Shown: positions 18,589 through 28,054 of the stretch, one piece after another
How positions within the stretch are numbered: position 1 is the first letter of the stretch
Layout: every line of letters starts with the position of its first letter
Origin: a virus
IMG/VR virus record: IMGVR_UViG_3300006737_000030
Location: 3,087-67,086 of that record
Strand: one strand, 5' to 3'
DNA: 64,000 bases
The notes under the pieces: model-generated
What the model was told of the DNA's origin: nothing
Seen by the model: the letters and a program-made list of their open reading frames with translations, nothing else
Database searches by the model: none
Position numbers and translations under genes: made by a program

Positions 18589-19043
18589 ACGATTACCCTC
18601 CAGTAGGTGCCTTCCCAAATAAGTTGAACTCTCGCTCCTTTCACATCAAATACTAAAGGAGAAGAAATAACTTCCAGTTGGTTCTGGAATTGTCTTCCAT
18701 CAGGATCGATTATAGTAACATTATTTATGTCCCAAGTGAAACCAACATCTACAAACTCAATAACATCTCCTTCCTTTGGTACTAACTTATTGTTGTACAA
18801 AGGTAATGTTAATGTTAACGGTCCTCCTGATGAATCAACAAGATAACGTAAACTAGTCCCCAATGTTTGACTAGTATTAATCAATTCCCATCTTGCTCGA
18901 AAGACATCAAAACCGCCAGTTGTAGTTCCGTCATGAATGACGGCCATATTCTTGTCGGTATCAATTGTTAACTCTCCAGCAGCTCCAGTGAATAGAGCGT
19001 GATCCGATGTGGAACCTCGTCTGAATTGTACCTGGGTTGTCAT
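18585..19043 (-). CDS. Mtd-N-like (major tropism determinant N-terminal) domain plus gp9/gp10-like segment (152 aa)
   Basis: MTTQVQFRRGST..H..FTGA.GE.T.DTDK...V.HDG.T.GG matches the Bordetella phage Mtd N-terminal pattern. Also YLVDSSGGP.TLTLP...GD.I.F.D. Confidence 0.65.
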   Translation of the reverse strand: MTTQVQFRRGSTSDHALFTGAAGELTIDTDKNMAVIHDGTTTGGFDVFRARWELINTSQTLGTSLRYLVDSSGGPLTLTLPLYNNKLVPKEGDVIEFVDVGFTWDINNVTIIDPDGRQFQNQLEVISSPLVFDVKGARVQLIWEGTYWRVIV

Positions 19044-19070
19044 TAATAAACCTTACTAGGATACCAATTT

Positions 19071-19078
19071 TATTTATA
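19071..19078 (-). promoter_or_regulatory. T4-type late promoter TATAAATA
   Basis: Exact motif 27 nt upstream of the 19043 start. Confidence 0.75.
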
Positions 19079-19082
19079 AATT

Positions 19083-22000
19083 TTATACGATCCAACCGTA
19101 GGTTCTGGAAGGTGCTGCAAAAACAAATTCGATATTAGAAGTACCCTTAACAAAGATCTCACCTTTACCTGTGTGAACTCCAAATGGTGGGTTGGTAATA
19201 GCAACACCAGTAACAAGGACTTCAATCTGACCGAGGTATGCTCTTGTGCGAATGACATGTCCACGTCCATTGTAAGAGAAGAGCATATTCTCTTCATCTG
19301 GACTGAAGGCAACACATTCTGCTGCACCACTGAAGGTAGAGATATTACCTGAACCTTCTTCAATAACTGTAGTTCTTTCTTCTGCCTCATTAGCAGTTGT
19401 AATATCACCAGTTCCTGGATAGGATGCTCTGACAAAGGATTCAGCAGCAGATCCAGATATAGTAACAAGACCATCATCAACACTGTAATCTTTTGTAATC
19501 CTGTTGACAGATCTTCCAGCAATATCGAATAGAGTAGTCTGATCTGCTGGGTTATAAGTAAAGGATTCTGCTGCTCCAGAAAGTGTGGAGATAGAACCAG
19601 AACCAACATGAGATAGTGTAATAACAACTCTTGCTTCACCTGTAACGGATAGAGTATGAACCTCGGTTCCAGGTACGAATGCTGTCTTCTCTGCACCACC
19701 AGAAAGAGCAGAAATTCTTCCAGATCCAACAGTAACATCTGTGTTGGAAGCATGAGCATCACCAGCAACAGTGATAAGACCAGAACCTGCCCAAGCATAT
19801 GTAAAGCTAACTTCACCATTACCAAAGTCCCAAAGAACTCCTTCTCCATGGAAGTGCTTGGTAGTTCTCTCTTCAATGAATCCATCAATCCTGAATAGAC
19901 CGTCTCCTTTAGGAGCAAAGGTAATGTTGGCACCTGCATCACCCCATTCCCAAATTCTACCTTTACCAATTTCTCTGACTGTGGATTTCTCACTAATCCT
20001 TGTACCTTTGTACTCGAATAGAGTAGTCTGATCTGGAGGATTAACTGTGAAGGATTCAGCAGCACCAGATAGAGTAGAGATACTACCACTACCAATGTAA
20101 CGTAGAGAAATCTTGATGATTCCATCACCAGATACAGGTATAACACCAGAACCTGGATAATCTGGAATAAAGAATACAGGTTCTGCAGTAGAACCAATCT
20201 GCATCTCAATTTGCTTGACTTCAGATTTGGCAGTCCTGTAAGTACCAATACCAACAATATCAAACAGAGTCGTGATGTCTGCTGGGTTGTAAGTAAAGGA
20301 TTCAGCAGCACCTGATAGTGTAGAGATGTTACCAGTACCGATGATATCACGTACAATACTGATACCACCATTACCAAATACAGATATAACACCAGAACCT
20401 GGATAATCTGGGATGAAGAATACTGGTTCTGCAGTAGAACCAATTTGCATTTCAACTCTCTTAACCTCGGACTTGGTAGTCCTGCTGGTAGATATGCCAG
20501 CAATATCGAATAGAGTAGTCTTATCTTCTGGGTTGAATGTGATACTTTCAGCAGCACCACTGAATGTGGATATGTTACCAGTACCAATAACACCAAGAGA
20601 TATCTTGATAAGTCCTTGACCACCAATATCAAATAGACCATCAGCAACTTCACTGACTGTTCTGGATGATGAAGCACCAGAGAAGTTGTAAAGTAGACCA
20701 GAACCAACTTCACTGTATGTTCTCTTCTCACTGATTCTCGTACCGATAAAGTAGAGATCTGCCTGTATCGCAGGAACCTTGACGGTAATAGATTCTCCAC
20801 CGAATCCATGGGAGAAGAGATTGCCGTCTCCAGTGAATATTTCGGTATGAGATTCTAGACCCTGACCGTAGACTGGTAACGTACCAGAACCAATCCAGTT
20901 TGGTATGTATTTCTCTGATCCAGATCCAGTAAGTAATACATGAGTACCATCTTCTGCAGGATCGAATGCAACTCTTTCGACTGCTGTACCACTGAAGAGG
21001 ATATGTGCCTCTCGCATTGGTGGTAGTTTGATCGTTCTTGCTTCTCCACCAAATCCACTGGAGAATATAGCACCTTCTCCAATAACACCAATAGATACAT
21101 TGATGAATCCATCGCCACTCGTGGTAATAGTACCAGAAGCAGATTCTGCATATGCAAGTAATGGATCTCCAGAAGTACCGAAGATAGAAAGTGATCCATC
21201 TCCTGGTATTGGTGAGTATGCAACTTTCTGAACACCAAATCCAGCAATGTCGAACAGAGTTGTAAGATCTTCTGGATTGAAGGTGACTGCTTCTGCTGCA
21301 CCTGATAGAGTGGAAATATTTCCAGTACCAACAAACGCAGGAGCAATGCTCTCTGTTGCAATACCAGAAAGAGTAACCAAACCTTCGAAGGTTTCGACAA
21401 ACGCAACTGTTTCGACACCTGCTCCAGATAGAGTAATGACTCCACCTTTGCTGATCTCTCTGATAGTAACTTTTTCTGAAAGTCTTCTGCCTTCGAATGA
21501 GAAGAGCATCTGCTCTTCGTCTGGACTGAATGCGATAGATTCTGCAGCACCAGAAAGTGTTGAGATAACACCAGAACCATGATAATGATTTGCAAGCAGA
21601 ATACTTGCTGTACCAGAGAGTACAATATCTCCAGATGCAGTAGATGCAACCAAAGTAGATTCAACTGCACCATCGAATCCATAAAGTCTTCCAGATCCAA
21701 TGTATGGAGCATATATTCTAGACTCGGCACCAACACCAGAAGTCTGAATATGTCCATCACCTTTATGCAACAGACTAAATGTGCAATAGGCAAAGTCGTC
21801 AACACCAACGTAGATGTAACCAGTTCCAGCCCAGTAGGGTGGAAGACGTGCAATACCAACACCATCGAGTTGAATGTCTGCTCTTCTTCCCGAATCGTAA
21901 TCGAAGGTTGTTGTGTGTGAAAGAGAGAATGGTGTTTGTGCAGAACCACTAACAGAAAGACCACCAAATGGATAGATGCTTCCATCCCAATCAGGTGCAA

Positions 22001-25000
22001 TAACCCATTCATAGTCTTCCCTTACATCTGCCTCATGGAGGTTTCCAGGAAGACCAGCAATTGGTTGTGGAAGTTCTATATGACCACAATCTAGATACTG
22101 ACCTGATCCTGCAGTGTATACAAGATCTCCTATTACTTCATCTTTAATGGTCTCGATAACCACATTGGCGTGGTTAGCAATGACCCAAGAATCGATGACT
22201 GGAGAACTAACTTGACCGTAATCTCTATAATCAAAGAAGTCAATAGAAGATCCGTTGTAACTGAATACTCTTCTCTCATCAACATTGTTGATATTCCAGA
22301 GAACACCTTTACCATGATAATGAGGTCCGTACTTCTCTGTAAGAACACCATCAACTGGTATAGTTCCGAAGGAATTCCAATTCGGTGTAAATCTTGTTTT
22401 TGAAGTACCAGTAAATTTGAGATCAACTGTTCTTGCTGGTGGTATAGAAGCAACACATTCTGCTGCTCCACCCATAGCAAACAATCCACCAGAACCAACG
22501 TAGTCCTTGGTAACTTCTTCCTCACCAGTGATAATATTGAATAGACTACCACTACCTGTCTCTCTGTAACTAACAGCAGGTGCAGCTTCACCTGAAACAT
22601 AGATCGTTCCAGAACCTGTCCATGGCCATGGGAACTGTACAGATACAGTACCAAAGTTGAATAGAGTACCAGATCCATTATGACGAAGACTAAAGTTAGT
22701 CCTACTAGCACCACCAACAACAAGATCGCCAAAGGCATATCTAGTCTGACCTTGCCAAATAAACTCGTAATCTTCAGTGACAGTCTCTGGAGCATCCTGA
22801 CCATCAATAAGAATATTCTGATAATCTAGATACTGACCTGATCCTGTGGTGTATACAAGATCAATAATCTTATCATTAGCAAGACTTTGTATAGTCTCAT
22901 TTGCGTGATTAGCAATGACCCAAGAGTCAATAACTGAACCACTAACTAGACCATAATCTTTGTAATCGAATATGACATGTGAAGAGAGAGCATTGTAATC
23001 GTATGTTCTCTTCTCTTCTCCACCTGCCCAAGACCATAGTGAACCTGAAGTAGCGTAATGATCTGTTTGTCTCTCAACTGCATGACCAGTAAATGGTAGG
23101 GTACCAAAACCATTCCAGTTAGGAGTAAAGATCTCATGACCAGTACCAGAAATCTTAAGGTCAACAGTTGGAGGACGTACATTGAAGACAGCAGATTCTG
23201 AAAGTCCACCAATTGTGTGAAGAGTAAATGGTCTTGTTTGATATGTAAAGGATCTAGCAAATGCACTATACTGGAAGTTGTATAGAGTACCACTTCCTGT
23301 TTCTCTGATAGTAGAAGATTCTGAACCTTGACCACGAATTTCTGTTTGTACAAATGCAACCCATCTTGGTTTTGTTCTACCTCTACCACGAACCCAAACT
23401 TTAATATCACCACTACCAATATGAGATAGACTAAAGTTAGTCTTGGCAGCACCACTAATAGTGAGATCACCAAAGGCATATCTAGTTGTACCTTGCCAAA
23501 TATACTCCCAATCCTCCCTTACAGTCTCTGGAGCATCTTGACCATCTATTAATATTGATTTGAAATCTAGATATTGACCTGTTGTTGTACTGTTTACAAG
23601 ATCAATAATTCTATCATTTGCTAGACTCTGTATAGTTTCATTGGCATGACTAGCAATAACCCATGAATCAATAACAGGACTGGATACAGAACCAAAATCT
23701 CTCTTCTCGAAGATAGCATGAGATAGTGGATTGTAATCGTATACAACATTCTCCTGACCACCAGAGAAGTTGAATAGAGATCCAGATCCCAACCAGTGGT
23801 CTGTCTGTCTTTCTGTTAGGTGTCCACTGAATGGTATGGTACCAGAACCATTCCAGTTAGGAGTAAAGATCTCGTGACCAATACCAGTGATATTAAATAA
23901 TAACTGTCTATCTTCTGGATTGAAGGAGACTGATTCAGAAGCACCACTAATTGTGGAGATAGAACCTGTACCTTCATAACCAAATGTTCTTCTCTGTTCA
24001 CCATTAGATAGAGTAAATAGATGACCTCCACCAATAGCAAGTAGACTGAAGTTAGTCTTTGCAGCACCACTAATCTTTGTCTGAACATAGGCAATCCACC
24101 TAGGTTTAACTCTACCTATACCATTACCAAATCCAAATAGGGTACCAGAACCATTCCAGTTAGGTACAAAGTTTTGTTTAGCAGTACCTTTGAGACTCCA
24201 TAGTCCCATAGCATATCTGCTACCATCTCCTTGCCAAATATACTCCCAATCTTCTACTACGGTCTCTAAAGGATCCTGACCATCTATTAATATAGATTGG
24301 AAATCTAGATACTGTCCACCTGTTGTGGAGTTTACTAGATCAATAATTCTATCATTAGCGAGACTTTGTATAGTCTCATTCGCATGATTTTGTATTACCC
24401 AAGAGTCAATTACTGGAGAAGTAATTGATCCGAAATCTTTGTATACAAATAGATCGTGTGAAACACCATCATAATTGTATGTGCGTCTTTCATCTAGACT
24501 TGATACTGATGGTAATCTACCAGTACCAATGTATGCAGGTGTATACCTCTCATCTAATGTACCATCAACTGATACAATACCCGAACCATCTAAATTAGAT
24601 GTGAATCTACTATCACTATTGCCATTAACAGAGAATAATAGTTGTCTTTCTTCTGAATTAAATGTGACTGCTTCAGCCGATCCAGAGAATTTCTTGAGGG
24701 ATCCAGTTCCTAATTCATGTACAAGAGTTCGTTGCGTAGCAAAACTACGGAATGGGAGAATCCCATCCGTAGCAATACTAGGTACATAGAAGGTCGTTGA
24801 GAGACCACTTAATCGTAAGGTACCCGAAGCTTGGTAAGGAGCAATTAGACGTGTTATAGCACGACCACGCTCCCAAATCTGACCAGTACCAACCCATACC
24901 TTGTGTACACTCCAAGTTGGTAGACTGACTAGTTTAAATGTTCCGAATGAGAATACATCTGAAGATGTAGTGATGAGTCCCCAATCGTCTTGAGATACTG

Positions 25001-25271
25001 CTTGGATTTCATTTATAGAACCAAGATCTACGTAATTTCCTGTACCACTGTTTACAAGATCGATAATTCTATCATTAGCAAGACTTTGTATAGTCTTGTT
25101 TGCATGATTAGCAATGACCCATGAATCAATAGGTAGTTCTGCTACAGATCCATAATCAAGATAATAGAATGGATCACCAGTAGATGGATTGTAGCTATAG
25201 GAAAGAATCCCGAATAAATCCTCTGATCTAAACGGGAATAATCTACCAGTACCAGCGTATGAAAACGCCAT
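19083..25271 (-). CDS. Giant repetitive structural protein (2062 aa)
   Basis: Two nested repeat families (see repeat features). G/S/T/F-rich beta character. Confidence 0.75.
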   Translation of the reverse strand: MAFSYAGTGRLFPFRSEDLFGILSYSYNPSTGDPFYYLDYGSVAELPIDSWVIANHANKTIQSLANDRIIDLVNSGTGNYVDLGSINEIQAVSQDDWGLITTSSDVFSFGTFKLVSLPTWSVHKVWVGTGQIWERGRAITRLIAPYQASGTLRLSGLSTTFYVPSIATDGILPFRSFATQRTLVHELGTGSLKKFSGSAEAVTFNSEERQLLFSVNGNSDSRFTSNLDGSGIVSVDGTLDERYTPAYIGTGRLPSVSSLDERRTYNYDGVSHDLFVYKDFGSITSPVIDSWVIQNHANETIQSLANDRIIDLVNSTTGGQYLDFQSILIDGQDPLETVVEDWEYIWQGDGSRYAMGLWSLKGTAKQNFVPNWNGSGTLFGFGNGIGRVKPRWIAYVQTKISGAAKTNFSLLAIGGGHLFTLSNGEQRRTFGYEGTGSISTISGASESVSFNPEDRQLLFNITGIGHEIFTPNWNGSGTIPFSGHLTERQTDHWLGSGSLFNFSGGQENVVYDYNPLSHAIFEKRDFGSVSSPVIDSWVIASHANETIQSLANDRIIDLVNSTTTGQYLDFKSILIDGQDAPETVREDWEYIWQGTTRYAFGDLTISGAAKTNFSLSHIGSGDIKVWVRGRGRTKPRWVAFVQTEIRGQGSESSTIRETGSGTLYNFQYSAFARSFTYQTRPFTLHTIGGLSESAVFNVRPPTVDLKISGTGHEIFTPNWNGFGTLPFTGHAVERQTDHYATSGSLWSWAGGEEKRTYDYNALSSHVIFDYKDYGLVSGSVIDSWVIANHANETIQSLANDKIIDLVYTTGSGQYLDYQNILIDGQDAPETVTEDYEFIWQGQTRYAFGDLVVGGASRTNFSLRHNGSGTLFNFGTVSVQFPWPWTGSGTIYVSGEAAPAVSYRETGSGSLFNIITGEEEVTKDYVGSGGLFAMGGAAECVASIPPARTVDLKFTGTSKTRFTPNWNSFGTIPVDGVLTEKYGPHYHGKGVLWNINNVDERRVFSYNGSSIDFFDYRDYGQVSSPVIDSWVIANHANVVIETIKDEVIGDLVYTAGSGQYLDCGHIELPQPIAGLPGNLHEADVREDYEWVIAPDWDGSIYPFGGLSVSGSAQTPFSLSHTTTFDYDSGRRADIQLDGVGIARLPPYWAGTGYIYVGVDDFAYCTFSLLHKGDGHIQTSGVGAESRIYAPYIGSGRLYGFDGAVESTLVASTASGDIVLSGTASILLANHYHGSGVISTLSGAAESIAFSPDEEQMLFSFEGRRLSEKVTIREISKGGVITLSGAGVETVAFVETFEGLVTLSGIATESIAPAFVGTGNISTLSGAAEAVTFNPEDLTTLFDIAGFGVQKVAYSPIPGDGSLSIFGTSGDPLLAYAESASGTITTSGDGFINVSIGVIGEGAIFSSGFGGEARTIKLPPMREAHILFSGTAVERVAFDPAEDGTHVLLTGSGSEKYIPNWIGSGTLPVYGQGLESHTEIFTGDGNLFSHGFGGESITVKVPAIQADLYFIGTRISEKRTYSEVGSGLLYNFSGASSSRTVSEVADGLFDIGGQGLIKISLGVIGTGNISTFSGAAESITFNPEDKTTLFDIAGISTSRTTKSEVKRVEMQIGSTAEPVFFIPDYPGSGVISVFGNGGISIVRDIIGTGNISTLSGAAESFTYNPADITTLFDIVGIGTYRTAKSEVKQIEMQIGSTAEPVFFIPDYPGSGVIPVSGDGIIKISLRYIGSGSISTLSGAAESFTVNPPDQTTLFEYKGTRISEKSTVREIGKGRIWEWGDAGANITFAPKGDGLFRIDGFIEERTTKHFHGEGVLWDFGNGEVSFTYAWAGSGLITVAGDAHASNTDVTVGSGRISALSGGAEKTAFVPGTEVHTLSVTGEARVVITLSHVGSGSISTLSGAAESFTYNPADQTTLFDIAGRSVNRITKDYSVDDGLVTISGSAAESFVRASYPGTGDITTANEAEERTTVIEEGSGNISTFSGAAECVAFSPDEENMLFSYNGRGHVIRTRAYLGQIEVLVTGVAITNPPFGVHTGKGEIFVKGTSNIEFVFAAPSRTYGWIV
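19270..21590 (-). repeat. Coding repeats, motif G.G.ISTLSGAAES.T.NP.D.TTLF.I.G (about 80-aa units)
   Basis: About seven copies. The units near 20040-20280 and 20280-20520 share the near-identical string MQIGSTAEPVFFIPDYPGSGVI at a 240-nt period. Confidence 0.8.
22110..25140 (-). repeat. Five ~245-aa coding repeat units marked by IDSWVIANHANETIQSLANDRIIDLV
   Basis: Motif copies near 25050-25130, 24330-24410, 23590-23672, 22850-22932 and 22115-22197. Period about 720-740 nt. Confidence 0.85.
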
Positions 25272-25290
25272 AAACTACAATCTTTGTGAT

Positions 25291-25327
25291 AAAGAAAAAA
25301 AAGGGGAACTGCTGATGCAATTCCCCC
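25291..25327 (-). terminator. Strong intrinsic terminator
   Basis: Minus strand reads GGGGAATTGC-ATCA-GCAGTTCCCC followed by TTTTTTTTCTTT. Confidence 0.85.
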
Positions 25328-25353
25328 ATAATGTAAATATCAATTTGAACAGA

Positions 25354-26742
25354 TCAGTCGAGGCTGACGTTCAGTGTTACCTTAATTTGGTCACCTGCGT
25401 TTTGAATAGCGTAAGGACCATTTGTGAATCTTTCAGCGAAGAATATCGCACTATAGAGTGTTATTGATCCAGTTCCATCTAGAGCTGGAGTTGTAGTGAA
25501 TGTATTTGCATCAGGTGTTTCAAATATGGTGTAAGTGGAAGCAGTTGTAGTATTGTTACCTGTTCCCTGTGCAATATAAATTGTATCTCCTACATTCAAT
25601 GCATGAGCAGTTGCAGTTGCTTTACTAAAGTCGAACTGAACTTCACCGTTATTAGCGTTATCAGAAATTGTTTCGATAATAGCATTGTTTATATGAACTA
25701 CTACTGTACCATCTGTATCAGCAGTTTCATAATCAATACCTGTAATAACAGTAGCAGCATCGATACCATTAGGAGTAGCAGTCTGTGAAACTGTCATTCC
25801 TAAAGTTAGATTTTCAGCAACGTTTGCTTGGAAATCAAGATCATTGGATACAGCACCAGAAAGTGCAGTATCTAGGTATACTGTTGTACCTGCAATACCA
25901 GCAACACGAGTACCAGCAGCAACACCTGTACCTGTTACACGTTGCTTAACAGCAATACCAGTAGTAGCAGTTGCAGTAACTTCAAATGTACCAGCAGTAC
26001 CAGTACAAGCAGTTGTTGCTTTTACAGCAGCTAGTGTAAGATATGTGTCTCCAATGTTACCTTTAACACTGGTTTTCTCGATTTGTGTTCCTGCAGCAGC
26101 AGTACCAGCATCTGCTACACCATGAATGGTTGTAGGTAGATTGTTAGCACGTACTAGCATGTAACCATAAACGTCACCAGCAGGTCCACTAAATTCGAAT
26201 GTTTCTTCTGGATATGAAGCAGTTGTTCTGCCCTTACCGAAGTCTAGGTTCTGCGTAGCAAATGTACCTTGATTCTTAACACTTAACAGAAGATTGTTTC
26301 CATCGATGTCTACAACATATGCACCAGTTCCAACAGATCCACCAGTTACATAGTCTCCTTTTTTAATTTCAGCATTAGATGTTACGGTAATACCATACTC
26401 GTTGGCAGTACCACTACCAGTTACTTGTATAGCAGCAGTTGAGAGTGTTTCGATTGTCCAACGGTTTCCGTTTAACAGTTTACCATACTGTTGTGAGTAA
26501 TCCTGATCATGCCTTGTATTAATAATTGCACTATAACCTGTGGCAGGTGATGTACCATACCCTAGGGTATTATTAGTTGTATAAGGCTCGTAGTATGCTG
26601 TCTGTGATGGAGTATCACTTTCTGCAGGATATGTATTGGTAGTGAAAAGTTTTAGAATAAGATTTCTTGGAATTGCTTGGTTTTGGTTAAGCAAATTACG
26701 CAAGGAATCAATTTCACCATTATCGGTTACTAGCAGTGCCAT
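25354..26742 (-). CDS. Virion structural protein (462 aa) with internal beta-barrel-like repeats
   Basis: LILKLFTTNT.PAESDT N-terminus and AERFTNGPY..QNAGDQIKVT C-terminus flank three GI..G..V.G.GV..G..V..I repeats. Has its own promoters and terminator. Confidence 0.7.
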   Translation of the reverse strand: MALLVTDNGEIDSLRNLLNQNQAIPRNLILKLFTTNTYPAESDTPSQTAYYEPYTTNNTLGYGTSPATGYSAIINTRHDQDYSQQYGKLLNGNRWTIETLSTAAIQVTGSGTANEYGITVTSNAEIKKGDYVTGGSVGTGAYVVDIDGNNLLLSVKNQGTFATQNLDFGKGRTTASYPEETFEFSGPAGDVYGYMLVRANNLPTTIHGVADAGTAAAGTQIEKTSVKGNIGDTYLTLAAVKATTACTGTAGTFEVTATATTGIAVKQRVTGTGVAAGTRVAGIAGTTVYLDTALSGAVSNDLDFQANVAENLTLGMTVSQTATPNGIDAATVITGIDYETADTDGTVVVHINNAIIETISDNANNGEVQFDFSKATATAHALNVGDTIYIAQGTGNNTTTASTYTIFETPDANTFTTTPALDGTGSITLYSAIFFAERFTNGPYAIQNAGDQIKVTLNVSLD

Positions 26743-26782
26743 GTTGGAAACTCTCCGTATTTTATCTTCTGTTGGTTATTTT

Positions 26783-26806
26783 TATTTATATCCGATAGTA
26801 TTTATA
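26783..26806 (-). promoter_or_regulatory. Two tandem late promoters TATAAATA
   Basis: Exact motifs at 26783-26790 and 26799-26806. The second overlaps the upstream stop codon. Confidence 0.75.
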
Positions 26807-27518
26807 GTTTAAGCTTCAATGAGATGACGAATCTACTGATATTAATAGCGTAGATAACCTCGAATTGAAATATGTCACCTGAAAATACTTCGGTAGACCA
26901 AGTAGAAAGGGTGTCGTTTTTTGCCTTTCTTTCTTGTGAATTATTTAATACACCTAACTGTGGCAATTCTGTACCACATATAGATGTGAAATTTGGGAAA
27001 TCATCATAACTACATTTCTGAATATCTAGTTTTAGATTACCCTCTTCTTCAGTAATAATTGTCCAAGATTCTATAACACCAGTAACATCTATTGTCATGT
27101 TACCTTTGATTCCTGGATTGAGTGGATCGGATCCACTATCAATAACATAATTAAGAGTCCTTGTTAAATCAGCAGTAGTTGCATATGCAATACCAAAGAA
27201 TGGACTTGATGATGTAGGTGGAGTACTGAAAACAATTTTATCGTCTGATATAGTATAATCAGTACCTGGTTCAAGAATTACATCATTAACAGTTATCATC
27301 AACTGTTCATCATTAAGAGGATAATATGCATCTCCATTAATGGTTAAAGCGAATGTATCTTCGGTACCATTAAATTGACCAGTTATATTATCTAATTTCT
27401 TATTAGTAAACTGTGTTGATTTAGAAGGTATCTCATAATTAACATCAAGTGTGTATTGTGGCGATGGACGCTGTGCTACACGATGAGTATTATTTCCAAG
27501 TCTGACATTATATGCCAT
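26802..27518 (-). CDS. Baseplate/structural protein (238 aa) with a gp7-like repeat domain
   Basis: LDNI..QFNG...F.L....Y.P.N.EQLMI.VN.VI.EP..DY.I....I.F..PP resembles modules in the C-terminal part of the 52720-61203 protein. Confidence 0.6.
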   Translation of the reverse strand: MAYNVRLGNNTHRVAQRPSPQYTLDVNYEIPSKSTQFTNKKLDNITGQFNGTEDTFALTINGDAYYPLNDEQLMITVNDVILEPGTDYTISDDKIVFSTPPTSSSPFFGIAYATTADLTRTLNYVIDSGSDPLNPGIKGNMTIDVTGVIESWTIITEEEGNLKLDIQKCSYDDFPNFTSICGTELPQLGVLNNSQERKAKNDTLSTWSTEVFSGDIFQFEVIYAINISRFVISLKLKL

Positions 27519-27856
27519 CAGGATACCCCATAATTTATTTCAGCAAGACCTTCTATAACCCTTGTTTTATAATCGTTAGGAGAAGTTAATAGTATATCAT
27601 ATACATATCTTCTTCTACTCAAAGCAGATGTTTCAGTAGGAGTTAATGCAATTTGAACATGTCCAAGAGTCCTATCAAGAAATGATAGTGTAAATGGAAT
27701 TCGATCAGTTTCTTTAGCAGAGAAACTTTTCTTCAAAGCGGCCTCACCAGTATACCCTGCCATGTTAAGCGGAGTACCATCTTGGTTTGTAATATAAAAA
27801 GAAGTATCGAAATTTGCTCCTTGATCAATTAGTATGTTAACTGGGACTGCTGCCAT
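27518..27856 (-). CDS. Conserved small structural protein (IDQGA.F...RYVYD...TRV.EG family, 112 aa)
   Basis: Motif pattern familiar from T4-like cyanophage structural regions. Overlaps both neighbours. Confidence 0.7.
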   Translation of the reverse strand: MAAVPVNILIDQGANFDTSFYITNQDGTPLNMAGYTGEAALKKSFSAKETDRIPFTLSFLDRTLGHVQIALTPTETSALSRRRYVYDILLTSPNDYKTRVIEGLAEINYGVS

Positions 27857-28025
27857 CGTTCACATCTGCTGGTTGTTTTTCAAGTAAATCAAGAGTTTCT
27901 AAACCACCTTCGAGTTTTAATTTATACTCTTTAAGTTTATCAATCTCTTCCTCACCTTTCTTAATTCTAAAAGCATAATCTTTCAATTGTGCTTCGAATT
28001 CTGATCGCATTTTTGATGTATCCAT
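27837..28025 (-). CDS. Small coiled-coil protein (62 aa)
   Basis: Charged heptad pattern and late-promoter core upstream. Confidence 0.6.
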   Translation of the reverse strand: MDTSKMRSEFEAQLKDYAFRIKKGEEEIDKLKEYKLKLEGGLETLDLLEKQPADVNDGSSPS

Positions 28026-28046
28026 AACAAAAATATATTATAGTTA

Positions 28047-28054
28047 TATTTATC
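28047..28054 (-). promoter_or_regulatory. Late promoter variant GATAAATA
   Basis: ATAAATA core 21 nt upstream of 28025. Confidence 0.55.

Noticed and set aside
18585-19043. Mtd-N-like domain suggesting a diversity-generating retroelement
   Set aside because: No reverse transcriptase in the window, no C-type lectin variable domain, and no TR/VR pair differing only at adenines. Nearby repeats differ at all base types.
19070-24094. Long same-strand alternative-frame ORFs (579, 385, 224, 177 and 92 aa), all in one +1 frame over the 2062-aa gene
   Set aside because: Their Leu/Val-dominated translations are what +1 reading of GGT/TCT/ACT/GCT-rich codons produces, and stops are scarce when NTA codons are avoided. 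They merely mirror the main-frame repeats. Ribosome profiling would be needed to revive the idea.
22110-25140. Regularly spaced conserved DNA repeats as a possible CRISPR-like array
   Set aside because: Spacing is about 730 nt, the repeats are in-frame coding with synonymous variation, and there are no cas genes.
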